A stretch of DNA of 64,000 nucleotides from Spirochaetia bacterium (lineage in GTDB: Bacteria; Spirochaetota; Spirochaetia; DSM-27196; Salinispiraceae): positions 160,001-224,000 of the forward strand of contig JBBRCZ010000001.1 of NCBI GenBank assembly GCA_038204425.1, read 5' to 3'. The position numbers and the translations under genes are program-made. The notes beneath the pieces are model-generated. The model ran no database searches and had not been told where the DNA came from. It saw only the letters and a program-made list of their open reading frames with translations. This document shows positions 49,719 through 58,321 of the stretch, one piece after another (the stretch's first letter is position 1; every line of letters begins with the position of its first letter).

Positions 49719-50699
49719 GTGCCTAGACGCCCAGCGTTAGTAATTACCGGCCCAACGGCCGTTGGAAAAAGTCAACTGGTAGAATCATTGCTTGCTCACT
49801 TTCCTGACGCCTTTGAGATTGTTAATGCTGACGCTCTTCAGGTGTACAGAGGCTTGGATATCGGCACGGCCAAGCCAAGTAAAGCGCAGCTTTTGGCTAA
49901 CAAACATCACTTAATTGATATTAGAGACCCCAATCAGAGCTATTCTTTGGGGGATTTTCAAAACGATGCATTGGTCGCTGTCGACCAAATACTGTCTCAA
50001 GGAAAAATCCCTTTGTTATCGGGGGGCACTGCATTTTATATCAAGTATGTTATCAGCGGCTATCTTGAAACTCCACAAGCTTCCCAAGAACTTAAGAACT
50101 ATGTTGAGTCGGCGCTTAAAGCTGGTGGTTTAGACGCACTTTACGTTTTGTTGCAGGAATTAGATCCAGCAAGGGCAGCTCAACTGCACTCCCACGACAA
50201 ACAACGAATTATGAGAAGTTTGGAAATCACACTAGCAAGCGGCAAGAAAAACGCTGAATTTATCCGTGTCAAGACAGACTCACTTTACGATTGTTTGTGT
50301 TTTTGTCTAACAAGGGAAAGATCAGACTTAATCACTAGGATTGCTCAAAGGACCGTGGAAATGTTTGAAGCCGGACTTGGGCAGGAAGTTGAGTCACTGT
50401 TTAGACAAGGTTACAGTCCGTCAAACTCGGCACTCAAAGCTATTGGCTATCAAGAGTTTTTTGTCCAATCAACTGATCAAAAGTATCATCTCCGCTTAGA
50501 TCTGCACGAGATCAAAAAACAAGTTCAAATCCATACTGCCCAATACGCAAAAAGACAAATGACCTTCTTCCGGTCTATTGAATCTTTGCAGTTCATACAA
50601 GCCCCAGTCCGAGAACAATATCTGGCGGAACTTTGGCAAAGTATTAACATGCTAAGAGAGAAAGTCAAAAAATGGCAGGATTGTGTTAACGCGGGTTGA
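49719..50699 (+). CDS. miaA: tRNA dimethylallyltransferase
   Basis: GPTAVGKS, QVYRGLDIGTAKP, GGTAFY, AIGY.E and YAKRQMTF motifs. Confidence 0.97.
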   Translation: MPRRPALVITGPTAVGKSQLVESLLAHFPDAFEIVNADALQVYRGLDIGTAKPSKAQLLANKHHLIDIRDPNQSYSLGDFQNDALVAVDQILSQGKIPLLSGGTAFYIKYVISGYLETPQASQELKNYVESALKAGGLDALYVLLQELDPARAAQLHSHDKQRIMRSLEITLASGKKNAEFIRVKTDSLYDCLCFCLTRERSDLITRIAQRTVEMFEAGLGQEVESLFRQGYSPSNSALKAIGYQEFFVQSTDQKYHLRLDLHEIKKQVQIHTAQYAKRQMTFFRSIESLQFIQAPVREQYLAELWQSINMLREKVKKWQDCVNAG

Positions 50700-50723
50700 C
50701 GCAAGCCTATATTTGAGTATACT
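50696..50723 (+). promoter_or_regulatory. Sigma70-type promoter of bS22
   Basis: TTGACG-16 bp-TATACT; AAGGAG RBS downstream. Confidence 0.65.
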
Positions 50724-50764
50724 AAAGTCACAGTAGGTTTAAGTCGTTTAAGGAGATATATAGC

Positions 50765-50857
50765 GTGCCTTGCGGAAGAAAAAGAAAACTAAAGAAGATT
50801 GCTACTCATAAACGGAAGAAGAAACTCCGTAAAAATCGCCACAAGAAAAACAAATAG
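50765..50857 (+). CDS. 30S ribosomal protein bS22 (AURKAIP1/COX24-like), 30 aa (absent from the ORF track)
   Basis: GTG start; MPCGRKRKLKKIATHKRKKKLRKNRHKKNK; has its own promoter, RBS and terminator. Confidence 0.9.
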   Translation: MPCGRKRKLKKIATHKRKKKLRKNRHKKNK

Positions 50858-50877
50858 TGTTGATTGTTGTGCGCGTC

Positions 50878-50904
50878 AAAAGGCCGGTTTTCCGGCCTTT
50901 TTTT
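50878..50904 (+). terminator. Intrinsic terminator after bS22
   Basis: AAAAGGCCGG-TTTT-CCGGCCTTTTTTT. Confidence 0.9.
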
Positions 50905-50934
50905 ATTTAATGTACTGATTCATTACTTTATCAT

Positions 50935-51807
50935 ATGATAGAATCAGTTATGGACTTTTGGGAACGATTTTCTGACAAGGATTTCAGGGGACTTGTAAGC
51001 GTCATTAACGCCAGTCCAGATTCGTTTTACACCAAAAGTACCGTCGCCTCAGGCAATAATGATGCCTTGATTAGGCAGGTCGAAGAAATTGTTGAAGCCG
51101 GCGCTTGCTGGATTGATATTGGTGGTGAGTCTTCCAAACCAGGGAGCATCTACGTTGACGCTGAGGAAGAGTTACGTCGACTGATTCCTGTTCTTAAGGT
51201 CGTCAGAAAACGAACACAGCTGCCTATTTCGATAGATACACGCAAAGAGACCGTTATTCGCCCGTGTGTAGAAGAAGGTGCAGACATACTAAACGATATT
51301 AGTGCCTTGAGAGATGATCCGTTAATTTTGCCGTATCTTGCCCGAAACAAAATCCCAATAGTCTTAATGCATATGCAAGGCAATCCGCAGTCTATGCAAA
51401 TAAGCCCGCACTATGATGATTGTGTCAACGATGTAGTTCTTTTCTTGCACGAAAGAGTGCAACTATGTAGAAAGTACGGTATAGACAAAATTATTGTCGA
51501 TCCAGGTATAGGATTTGGAAAATCATACAATGATAATGTGCAACTGTTGAGAAGCCTAGATACTCTTAAACAGCTATCTTGCCCGATTCTGGTTGGCGCA
51601 TCGCGTAAGAAATTTTTGGGTGCAATCATTAAGGACAGTCGGGGAATACAAAGGCTAGCGGAAGATAGACTCAGCTCCAGCCTAAGTGTCACCCAGTTCG
51701 CATTCACCCAAGGCGCAAACTTCGTCCGAGTTCACGACATCAAGGAAAACAGCGAGGTACTCAAGACGCTAAATGTTTTGGAAGGTCGGGAGCGCATAAA
51801 TGTTTGA
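50935..51807 (+). CDS. folP: Dihydropteroate synthase (start may be ATG 50950)
   Basis: N.SPDSF, IDIGGESS, SIDT, DPGIGFGK, SRK.F and RVHD motifs. Confidence 0.95.
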   Translation: MIESVMDFWERFSDKDFRGLVSVINASPDSFYTKSTVASGNNDALIRQVEEIVEAGACWIDIGGESSKPGSIYVDAEEELRRLIPVLKVVRKRTQLPISIDTRKETVIRPCVEEGADILNDISALRDDPLILPYLARNKIPIVLMHMQGNPQSMQISPHYDDCVNDVVLFLHERVQLCRKYGIDKIIVDPGIGFGKSYNDNVQLLRSLDTLKQLSCPILVGASRKKFLGAIIKDSRGIQRLAEDRLSSSLSVTQFAFTQGANFVRVHDIKENSEVLKTLNVLEGRERINV

Positions 51808-52600
51808 GTGGATTGGCAATATCTGGCTTGTAAAAAACGTGCTGATTCCATTATTTGACATTGGTATTTTGTCATTTCTGCTTTTTAAGGGCTATCAGAT
51901 TTTGGTGCAGACTCGCGCAGTGCAGCTCGTCAAGGGAACAGCCACATTGCTCATTATGTATGGTATTGCCTACGTATTTCAGTTGAGCACGCTACTATGG
52001 ATCATGAACTTACTAGTTCCTGGTTTGGTGATAGGTATTGTTATTATTTTTCAACCCGAACTAAGAAAAATTTTTACACGACTTGGTCAGAAGCAGCTTT
52101 TTAAACATCGCAATAAGAATCAAGAATTGCCCATTGACGACATTGTACGCAGTGCACGATATCTTTCTGAAATGCAAAGAGGGGCCTTGATTGTATTTTC
52201 GCGTTCGGTTGGATTAAAGAACATAATTGAGACAGGCAGCAAGCTTGATTGTTTGATCAGCGCAGCCCTCATAAATAGTATTTTTTCATACGACACTGAT
52301 CTTCACGACGGAGCACTAATCATTGAAAATGGCCGAATATCTTCGGCAGGGTCTTTCTTGCCTTTGTCAGAACAGCAAGACATAAGAAAGAGCTTTGGAA
52401 CCCGTCATAGAGCGGCTTTGGGTATTGCCGAAGAAACGGATGCTGTCGTCTTGGTCGTTAGCGAGGAAACCGGTGCATTGTCGCTGGCTTATGATGCTGC
52501 ACTTTACTATAATATGGAATTAATTGAGTTAAAGGCACGACTCATGGAACTGCTAGAAATCAAGCCATCAAATTTGGACGAGGTAGAAAATGAAGACTAA
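51800..52600 (+). CDS. cdaA: Diadenylate cyclase (membrane-bound, c-di-AMP synthase)
   Basis: Three transmembrane helices; FQPELR, LHDGA and GTRHRAA motifs. Confidence 0.95.
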   Translation: MFEWIGNIWLVKNVLIPLFDIGILSFLLFKGYQILVQTRAVQLVKGTATLLIMYGIAYVFQLSTLLWIMNLLVPGLVIGIVIIFQPELRKIFTRLGQKQLFKHRNKNQELPIDDIVRSARYLSEMQRGALIVFSRSVGLKNIIETGSKLDCLISAALINSIFSYDTDLHDGALIIENGRISSAGSFLPLSEQQDIRKSFGTRHRAALGIAEETDAVVLVVSEETGALSLAYDAALYYNMELIELKARLMELLEIKPSNLDEVENED

Positions 52601-53558
52601 TGTCTTTCTAGAAAACCTTGTTCATATGTGGCCAGTAAAAGTTGTCTGTTTGGCCTTGGCTGTTCTACTCTATTTTTTTACAAATTTGGTTAGTCTGCAA
52701 ACTCGACCTTTGACGCTGCCTATCAACTATTTGCTTCCACCGGGCTTCACATTTGGGGCCGAGTACCCGCCAAACGTTCGGCTGCTTTTGCGAGGAAAGA
52801 GCGAGTCTCTTTATTCAATCCGAGATGAAGACATCCAGGTTACAGCAGATTTTTTGCAGTTTAAGGCCGAGGGAGAGTTCCAAACCAAGCTTGATATTAA
52901 GCTGCTTGGTTCCGCGAGCAATATTGAACCACTAGAAGTCAGTCCAAGTCCAGGTGTGGTCACAATCAGGATAGAAAAAATTTCATATAAAGACGTTTCC
53001 GTGACGGCAAGATTCTCCGGTAGCCCCAAATCAGGTTATGAACTTGGCAACTATCTGGTGCAACCCAACACCGTCAGGTTGATGGGGCCGCAAAGTAGAC
53101 TCGATCTGCTTGATACCGTTTTAAGTGATTTGGTGGTATTGGATACCCAGGATGCGAATTTTTCTACCAAGATTAGAGTGTCTAGCGATGATCAGTTGGT
53201 TCGGTTTAGCGGCAGTGATCTTGTTGAGGTTCAAGTTGCTATATTTGAATCGCTAGGGACGATTACCTTGAGGCAAGTAAGACCTGTGGTCTTAGGGCTT
53301 GCCGAGGAGTTTGTAATTGACCCCCCAGTTCTTCCGCTCAGTGTTAAACTGGAAGGAAGCAAAAACAAGTTAGCAATCCTAGACGAACGCAGTGTCAGGC
53401 TTGTAATTGACGCAAGCGATATTAGTGTAGAAGGTAACTACGAAGCCAGTGTGGCGGCTCAGGTGCCAGACGGCGTCAGCATTCTTGCGCTGGAACCCGG
53501 TAGAGTAGCCTTTGTTGTCAAAAAACGAAGCCGCACCAATTTGGGGAAAGACCAGTGA
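52590..53558 (+). CDS. cdaR: YbbR-domain CdaA regulator
   Basis: N-terminal transmembrane helix and repeated P..V.L.G YbbR motifs; follows cdaA. Confidence 0.85.
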   Translation: MKTNVFLENLVHMWPVKVVCLALAVLLYFFTNLVSLQTRPLTLPINYLLPPGFTFGAEYPPNVRLLLRGKSESLYSIRDEDIQVTADFLQFKAEGEFQTKLDIKLLGSASNIEPLEVSPSPGVVTIRIEKISYKDVSVTARFSGSPKSGYELGNYLVQPNTVRLMGPQSRLDLLDTVLSDLVVLDTQDANFSTKIRVSSDDQLVRFSGSDLVEVQVAIFESLGTITLRQVRPVVLGLAEEFVIDPPVLPLSVKLEGSKNKLAILDERSVRLVIDASDISVEGNYEASVAAQVPDGVSILALEPGRVAFVVKKRSRTNLGKDQ

Positions 53559-53944
53559 TTCTGGGACTCGGAACAGACGTTGTTCAAGTAAAACGCTTTA
53601 ACAGTTGGGTGGACAACCGGAACTTGATGGCGCGTTTTTTTTCGGACGATGAGCTAGGCTGGTGTCAGAAACACGCCACTAACATGTCCGCTTCATTGGC
53701 GGCTCGTTTTGCAGCCAAGGAAGCTTTTGGCAAAGCGCTAGGAACCGGGCTTGCTGGGTTTAAACTGCGGGATGTTTCGGTCTTGAGAACATCAAAAGGA
53801 AGACCCAGTATTGTTCTCGTGGAGAGCGCCCAAAAAGCATTTGATGATTTCATGCAAACAATAGGCATTGCTTGCTCAACAATTCATTTGAGTATGAGTC
53901 ATGAAACTGATTATGCCGTTGCTACGGTAATTATTGAGGGATAG
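53555..53944 (+). CDS. acpS: Holo-ACP synthase
   Basis: GLGTDVV, LAARFAAKEAFGKALGTG and HLSMSH motifs. Confidence 0.95.
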   Translation: MILGLGTDVVQVKRFNSWVDNRNLMARFFSDDELGWCQKHATNMSASLAARFAAKEAFGKALGTGLAGFKLRDVSVLRTSKGRPSIVLVESAQKAFDDFMQTIGIACSTIHLSMSHETDYAVATVIIEG

Positions 53945-53953
53945 GAGGAATCT

Positions 53954-54853
53954 ATGCTACCGCAACAGGAAAACAGAGCGACCAACGTTAGCTTTTTTCA
54001 AAGGAATCCCATAAACTGCCCGATTTGCGATGCTCCAATATATAGAGAAGAACTACTTACCGGCAGGGGTAGGTTAATTGCTGGAAATCTCAGTTTGGAA
54101 TTGCGACGTCTCTATGAGGAATCAAAGAAATATGGCGAAGTTAGCCCATTGATCTATACGATTACCGTCTGCCCAGATTGCTACTACGCATCGATGAAGG
54201 AACATTTTTTAAAGGCGCCACCAAGTACGCTTAAGAAAATAGACGATGATAGGCACCTCCGCATTGATGCCGTAACTGAAATTCTTGGCAGCCTCAATTT
54301 TAATCATGAAAGAGGTCTTTTGGAAGGTCTTGCAAGTTACTATCTTGCGATACGTTGCTATGATTATTTTCCAAAAGACTTTGCACCAGTGATTCACCAA
54401 GGTATTTCTGCCTTGCGCGCTGCTTGGCTGGCTGACGACGTTGAGCGTCACGAAAAAGGGAACAATTTTGCTTATTTGTCACGAATTTTCTACAGAAAAG
54501 CGCGTTATTTCTATAGTTTGGCACTTGAGTACGAACAAAAAGGCGTGCAGACTATCACAAACTGCGCAAATTTAGGCCCAGATTTGGACAAGAACTATGG
54601 CTATGACGGCGTAGTCTACCTTAACGGCTATCTTGAGTATCATTTTGGACCAAGAAAAAATGAAGAAAGACGCAAAGAAATGTTAACCAAATCCAAACGG
54701 AGCGTGGCAAGAATTTTTGGTATGGGAAAGGCCAACAAGAACCGTCCTTTGCCTTTGCTTGAGAATGCTAGAGAACTTTACAATATGATTGCAAAGACGC
54801 TAGGCCAAAAAAATGCAATCCCCGAAGAGGATGCAAGAAGCGAAGAGGACTGA
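53954..54853 (+). CDS. DUF2225 family protein (zinc-ribbon plus helical repeats)
   Basis: CPIC...CPDCYYA and LRAAWL motifs; lies between acpS and truA. Confidence 0.8.
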   Translation: MLPQQENRATNVSFFQRNPINCPICDAPIYREELLTGRGRLIAGNLSLELRRLYEESKKYGEVSPLIYTITVCPDCYYASMKEHFLKAPPSTLKKIDDDRHLRIDAVTEILGSLNFNHERGLLEGLASYYLAIRCYDYFPKDFAPVIHQGISALRAAWLADDVERHEKGNNFAYLSRIFYRKARYFYSLALEYEQKGVQTITNCANLGPDLDKNYGYDGVVYLNGYLEYHFGPRKNEERRKEMLTKSKRSVARIFGMGKANKNRPLPLLENARELYNMIAKTLGQKNAIPEEDARSEED

Positions 54854-54863
54854 ATCGACAGCA

Positions 54864-55622
54864 ATGCGAAATCTCAAAATAACCATGGCCTATGATGGAT
54901 CAAATTTCTTGGGCTGGCAGCAGCAAAAAATTGGAAGAACGGTTGAAGGAGAAATTCTCAAGGCGCTTCAGTTTATGCACAATCAGCCGCTAGGTTTGCA
55001 CGCGGCTGGCAGAACTGATACTGGTGTTCACGCTAGTGGGCAGGTCATCAATTTTGTAAGCAATCTAGACGGAATTCCCTTGCAAAGATATGCAAGGGCT
55101 TTCAATTCGTTTTTGCCACTAGACATTAGAGCCAAGTATGTCGAGGAAAAACCAGAATCCTTTCATGCTCGCTACCATGCGCGAGAACGGTCATATAAAT
55201 ACTACATCCTTTCAAGTGAACTTCATCAGCCTCACTATCGTTTCTATTGTCATCGAGTTGTTCACAAGCCTAGTCTAACGGCACTCAATCGTCTGGCGCG
55301 GGCCTTTGTTGGGACACATGATTTTAGTACCTTCTCCTCGCCATCTGAGCAGAATCCAAATCCAGAAAGAACCGTATACAACGCTTCTTTTGCTATTGAG
55401 GGGCCGTTTTTGGTGTTTCATGTAGTTGCCCAAAGTTTTTTATGGCGCATGGTTAGGTCTATGGTAGGCAGCCTACTCACGTTTGAACAAGAATCGATTT
55501 CAATAGAAGAACTTAAAGCCAAAATTAATGCCAAGGATCGAACCCAAGCAGGTCCCACGGCACCTGCTACAGGGCTATATTTGCATCAGGTTCGCTATAA
55601 GGATGAACATCTTGTTTATTGA
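54864..55622 (+). CDS. truA: tRNA pseudouridine(38-40) synthase
   Basis: YDGSNFLGWQ, AGRTDTGVHA, HDFSTF, FLWRMVR and APATGLYL motifs. Confidence 0.97.
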   Translation: MRNLKITMAYDGSNFLGWQQQKIGRTVEGEILKALQFMHNQPLGLHAAGRTDTGVHASGQVINFVSNLDGIPLQRYARAFNSFLPLDIRAKYVEEKPESFHARYHARERSYKYYILSSELHQPHYRFYCHRVVHKPSLTALNRLARAFVGTHDFSTFSSPSEQNPNPERTVYNASFAIEGPFLVFHVVAQSFLWRMVRSMVGSLLTFEQESISIEELKAKINAKDRTQAGPTAPATGLYLHQVRYKDEHLVY

Positions 55623-56334
55623 AAAAAAACATCTTGCAGAGGTCTTCGTTGGACTATCAAAGTGGGGCTACTTGGAGTCAAGCAAATTTATTGAAACTAA
55701 GGCAAGTCCCACCAAGTTGACCATTCCAACTATTACCAATCACATTGCAAAGGAAACCGCAACAGCTGATAGTCTTGCTGACTTGACTTTGTTGGACTTA
55801 AATCAGCGTATAAGATCATGCACTGATTGTAGCTTGTGCAAGTCCAGAACTAAAGCTGTCGCTGGTACTGGTCCAAGCAACCCGCTAGTGATGATTGTCG
55901 GTGATTTTCCTGGGGTAGATGAAGATGCAATAGGCTTACCCTTTGTTGGCGCAGCGGGACAATTTTTGGATAAGTGGTTAGATTCAATTGGTCTTAACCG
56001 TTACAGCAATACCTATCTAACAAATAGCGTCAAATGTTATCCTGCAAGTGAAGGGGCACCTGACCTCAGTCAGTTTGAACAATGTTCCAAGTATTTGAAA
56101 GTGCAGGTTAGCCGCTTGAAACCACGATTAATCGTGATACTAGGTCAACTGAGCAGTCAGACAATTCTTAAGACCAACCAGGAAATGGATCAGCTTCGCG
56201 GTAGGTTCTTTGATTTGTATGGCATACCCTGTGTTCCAATCTACCACCCTGCCGAAGTTCTGAGAAAACCAGAGCTTAAGCGTTTGGTTTGGGAAGACCT
56301 TAAAAGGATAAGGGAAAAGCTGTCTATTCTATGA
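55603..56334 (+). CDS. Family 4 uracil-DNA glycosylase (4Fe-4S)
   Basis: CTDCSLC, VGDFPG..ED..G.PFVG.AG, TNSVKC and YHPA motifs. Confidence 0.85.
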   Translation: MNILFIEKKHLAEVFVGLSKWGYLESSKFIETKASPTKLTIPTITNHIAKETATADSLADLTLLDLNQRIRSCTDCSLCKSRTKAVAGTGPSNPLVMIVGDFPGVDEDAIGLPFVGAAGQFLDKWLDSIGLNRYSNTYLTNSVKCYPASEGAPDLSQFEQCSKYLKVQVSRLKPRLIVILGQLSSQTILKTNQEMDQLRGRFFDLYGIPCVPIYHPAEVLRKPELKRLVWEDLKRIREKLSIL

Positions 56335-58277
56335 TCGCTTCTGTTGTTTTTGCTATTCCACTCAAGCAAGAGTTTAGCTACTTAGTTCCCGATAACTTTG
56401 GGTCAATTGCTGTAGGGTCTCGAGTCGTTGCTCAACTGCGCAATCGTCTCATTAAAGGCTACGTAACCGAGATACATAGCAGAGAACAAACCGGAAATGG
56501 AACTCTCAAGTCACTTGTTAAACTTATTGATGTGGAACCGCTTCTCAATCAAGAATCGATACAATTAGGGCAATGGCTCAGTTCCTACTATTTTTGCAGT
56601 TTGGGAGAAGCACTCAGCCTGATGGTGCCAAATGCCAACGAAGATCGGGATTTTAACATTGTTGTCAACGAAGAAGAAATTGAGCGTTTGCCAGTTCTTT
56701 CGCAAGAACAAAATGACGCAGTTAAAGGGATTTGTGAGAAGAATAGCGGATCATTCTATCTTTTTGGTGCTACAGGCACAGGAAAGACTGAAGTCTATTT
56801 GCAAGCCGCAAAACAAACTATAGAAGAGGGTCGATCGGTGCTTTTTCTTGTTCCCGAAATATCATTGACTAGACAAATGATCCGGGCCGTCGAACAACGA
56901 TTTTCTGGCCTGTGTGCTGTTCTACACTCAAAGTTGACTGCTTCTCAGAGGTTAAAACAGTGGAAGCGCATATTAAGTGGCGAAGCCCGTTTTGTTGTTG
57001 GCGCGCGCAGCTCGATTTTTGCGCCGATGAAAAAACTTGGTTTGATCATTATTGATGAAGAACACGAATCGACTTACAAGTCTAGTTCCACACCGCGCTA
57101 TCATGCGCGACAAGTTGCCATGTATCGGACTCAAAAAGAACATGCACGCTTAGTTTTTGGTAGCGCGACCCCTTCTTTAGAAGCTTGGCATTTGATGGTG
57201 CAAAAGAAGTTGCCAGTCCTAAACCTCAGTCTTCGTCTTTCAGGTGGCGCGATGCCCACGATGGAAACGGTTGAATTGACAAGCAACGAGACCAGTCTTT
57301 CGCCGCGTTTAATTAATGAGATAAACATTACTCACGCGGCAGGAAGACAAACTATTCTCTTTCTGAATCGACGCGGCTATTCGTATTTTTTCAATTGCAA
57401 GTCCTGCCATAAAGATTTGTCTTGTCCGCATTGTTCTGTAAGTCTGACTTACCATAAAGATCGCCACATGATGGTATGTCACTATTGCGACCATCAAGAA
57501 AAGCCGGTAACTGCCTGTCCACATTGTGGAAGTCTGGATGTCAGTTTTAGTGGTTTTGGGACCGAAAAAGTAGAACAAGACATAGCACTCAATTTTCCGC
57601 ACCTTAAAATAGCCAGGATCGACAGCGATACCACTAAAAAAAAGGGCGAACTGGAACGGATTATTGAAGAGTTTAGGCTTGGTAAGACAGACTTGCTTTT
57701 GGGCACGCAGATGGTGGCAAAAGGTCTAAATTTTCCAGGTGTTAGATTAGTTGGCATCATCAACGCAGATGTGGGCCTAAAAATGCCCGATTTTAGAGCA
57801 GCGGAACGAAGCTTTTCACTGCTTACTCAAGTTGCCGGTCGCGCAGGTCGTTATCAGGCTGATGGTCTGGTGTTAATCCAGACTTTTGATCCAGGTAACT
57901 CAGGCATTCAAAAGGCACTAAACAATGACTTACAAGGATTTTATGCCCTAGAACTCGAGCAAAGAAAGAAGCTTAGATTTCCGCCATATACCAGAATGAT
58001 TCGTTTGGTATTTAGAGGTAGCAACCCCGACAAAGTTCTTCACTGTTGCAAGGAGTTTCTGCTCAATCAATCATCAAAAATTAAGAAATGGTGCGAGGTC
58101 TTAGGACCAGCAGAATGTGCGATCTTTAAGCTTAACAATTCGTATCGTTATCAAATTTTGCTGATTCATGAGTCGAGTCAAACGTTGCATAAACTTTTGA
58201 GTCAAGCACTTGAAGGCTGGATCAGCCCAAGTACAATCTACTTGGAAATTGACGTAGATCCAACAGGACTGATGTGA
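56331..58277 (+). CDS. priA: Primosomal protein N' helicase
   Basis: GATGTGKTEVY, LVPEISLT, IDEEH, four CxxC pairs and QVAGRAGR motifs. Confidence 0.97.
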   Translation: MIASVVFAIPLKQEFSYLVPDNFGSIAVGSRVVAQLRNRLIKGYVTEIHSREQTGNGTLKSLVKLIDVEPLLNQESIQLGQWLSSYYFCSLGEALSLMVPNANEDRDFNIVVNEEEIERLPVLSQEQNDAVKGICEKNSGSFYLFGATGTGKTEVYLQAAKQTIEEGRSVLFLVPEISLTRQMIRAVEQRFSGLCAVLHSKLTASQRLKQWKRILSGEARFVVGARSSIFAPMKKLGLIIIDEEHESTYKSSSTPRYHARQVAMYRTQKEHARLVFGSATPSLEAWHLMVQKKLPVLNLSLRLSGGAMPTMETVELTSNETSLSPRLINEINITHAAGRQTILFLNRRGYSYFFNCKSCHKDLSCPHCSVSLTYHKDRHMMVCHYCDHQEKPVTACPHCGSLDVSFSGFGTEKVEQDIALNFPHLKIARIDSDTTKKKGELERIIEEFRLGKTDLLLGTQMVAKGLNFPGVRLVGIINADVGLKMPDFRAAERSFSLLTQVAGRAGRYQADGLVLIQTFDPGNSGIQKALNNDLQGFYALELEQRKKLRFPPYTRMIRLVFRGSNPDKVLHCCKEFLLNQSSKIKKWCEVLGPAECAIFKLNNSYRYQILLIHESSQTLHKLLSQALEGWISPSTIYLEIDVDPTGLM

Positions 58278-58301
58278 TCAAAAATACTTCACATCAGTCC
58301 T
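58265..58301. terminator. 13-bp perfect inverted repeat between convergent genes (probable bidirectional terminator)
   Basis: AGGACTGATGTGA-N11-TCACATCAGTCCT, overlapping the priA stop codon. Confidence 0.65.
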
Positions 58302-58321
58302 TGTACAAAGATTGGCCTTTT

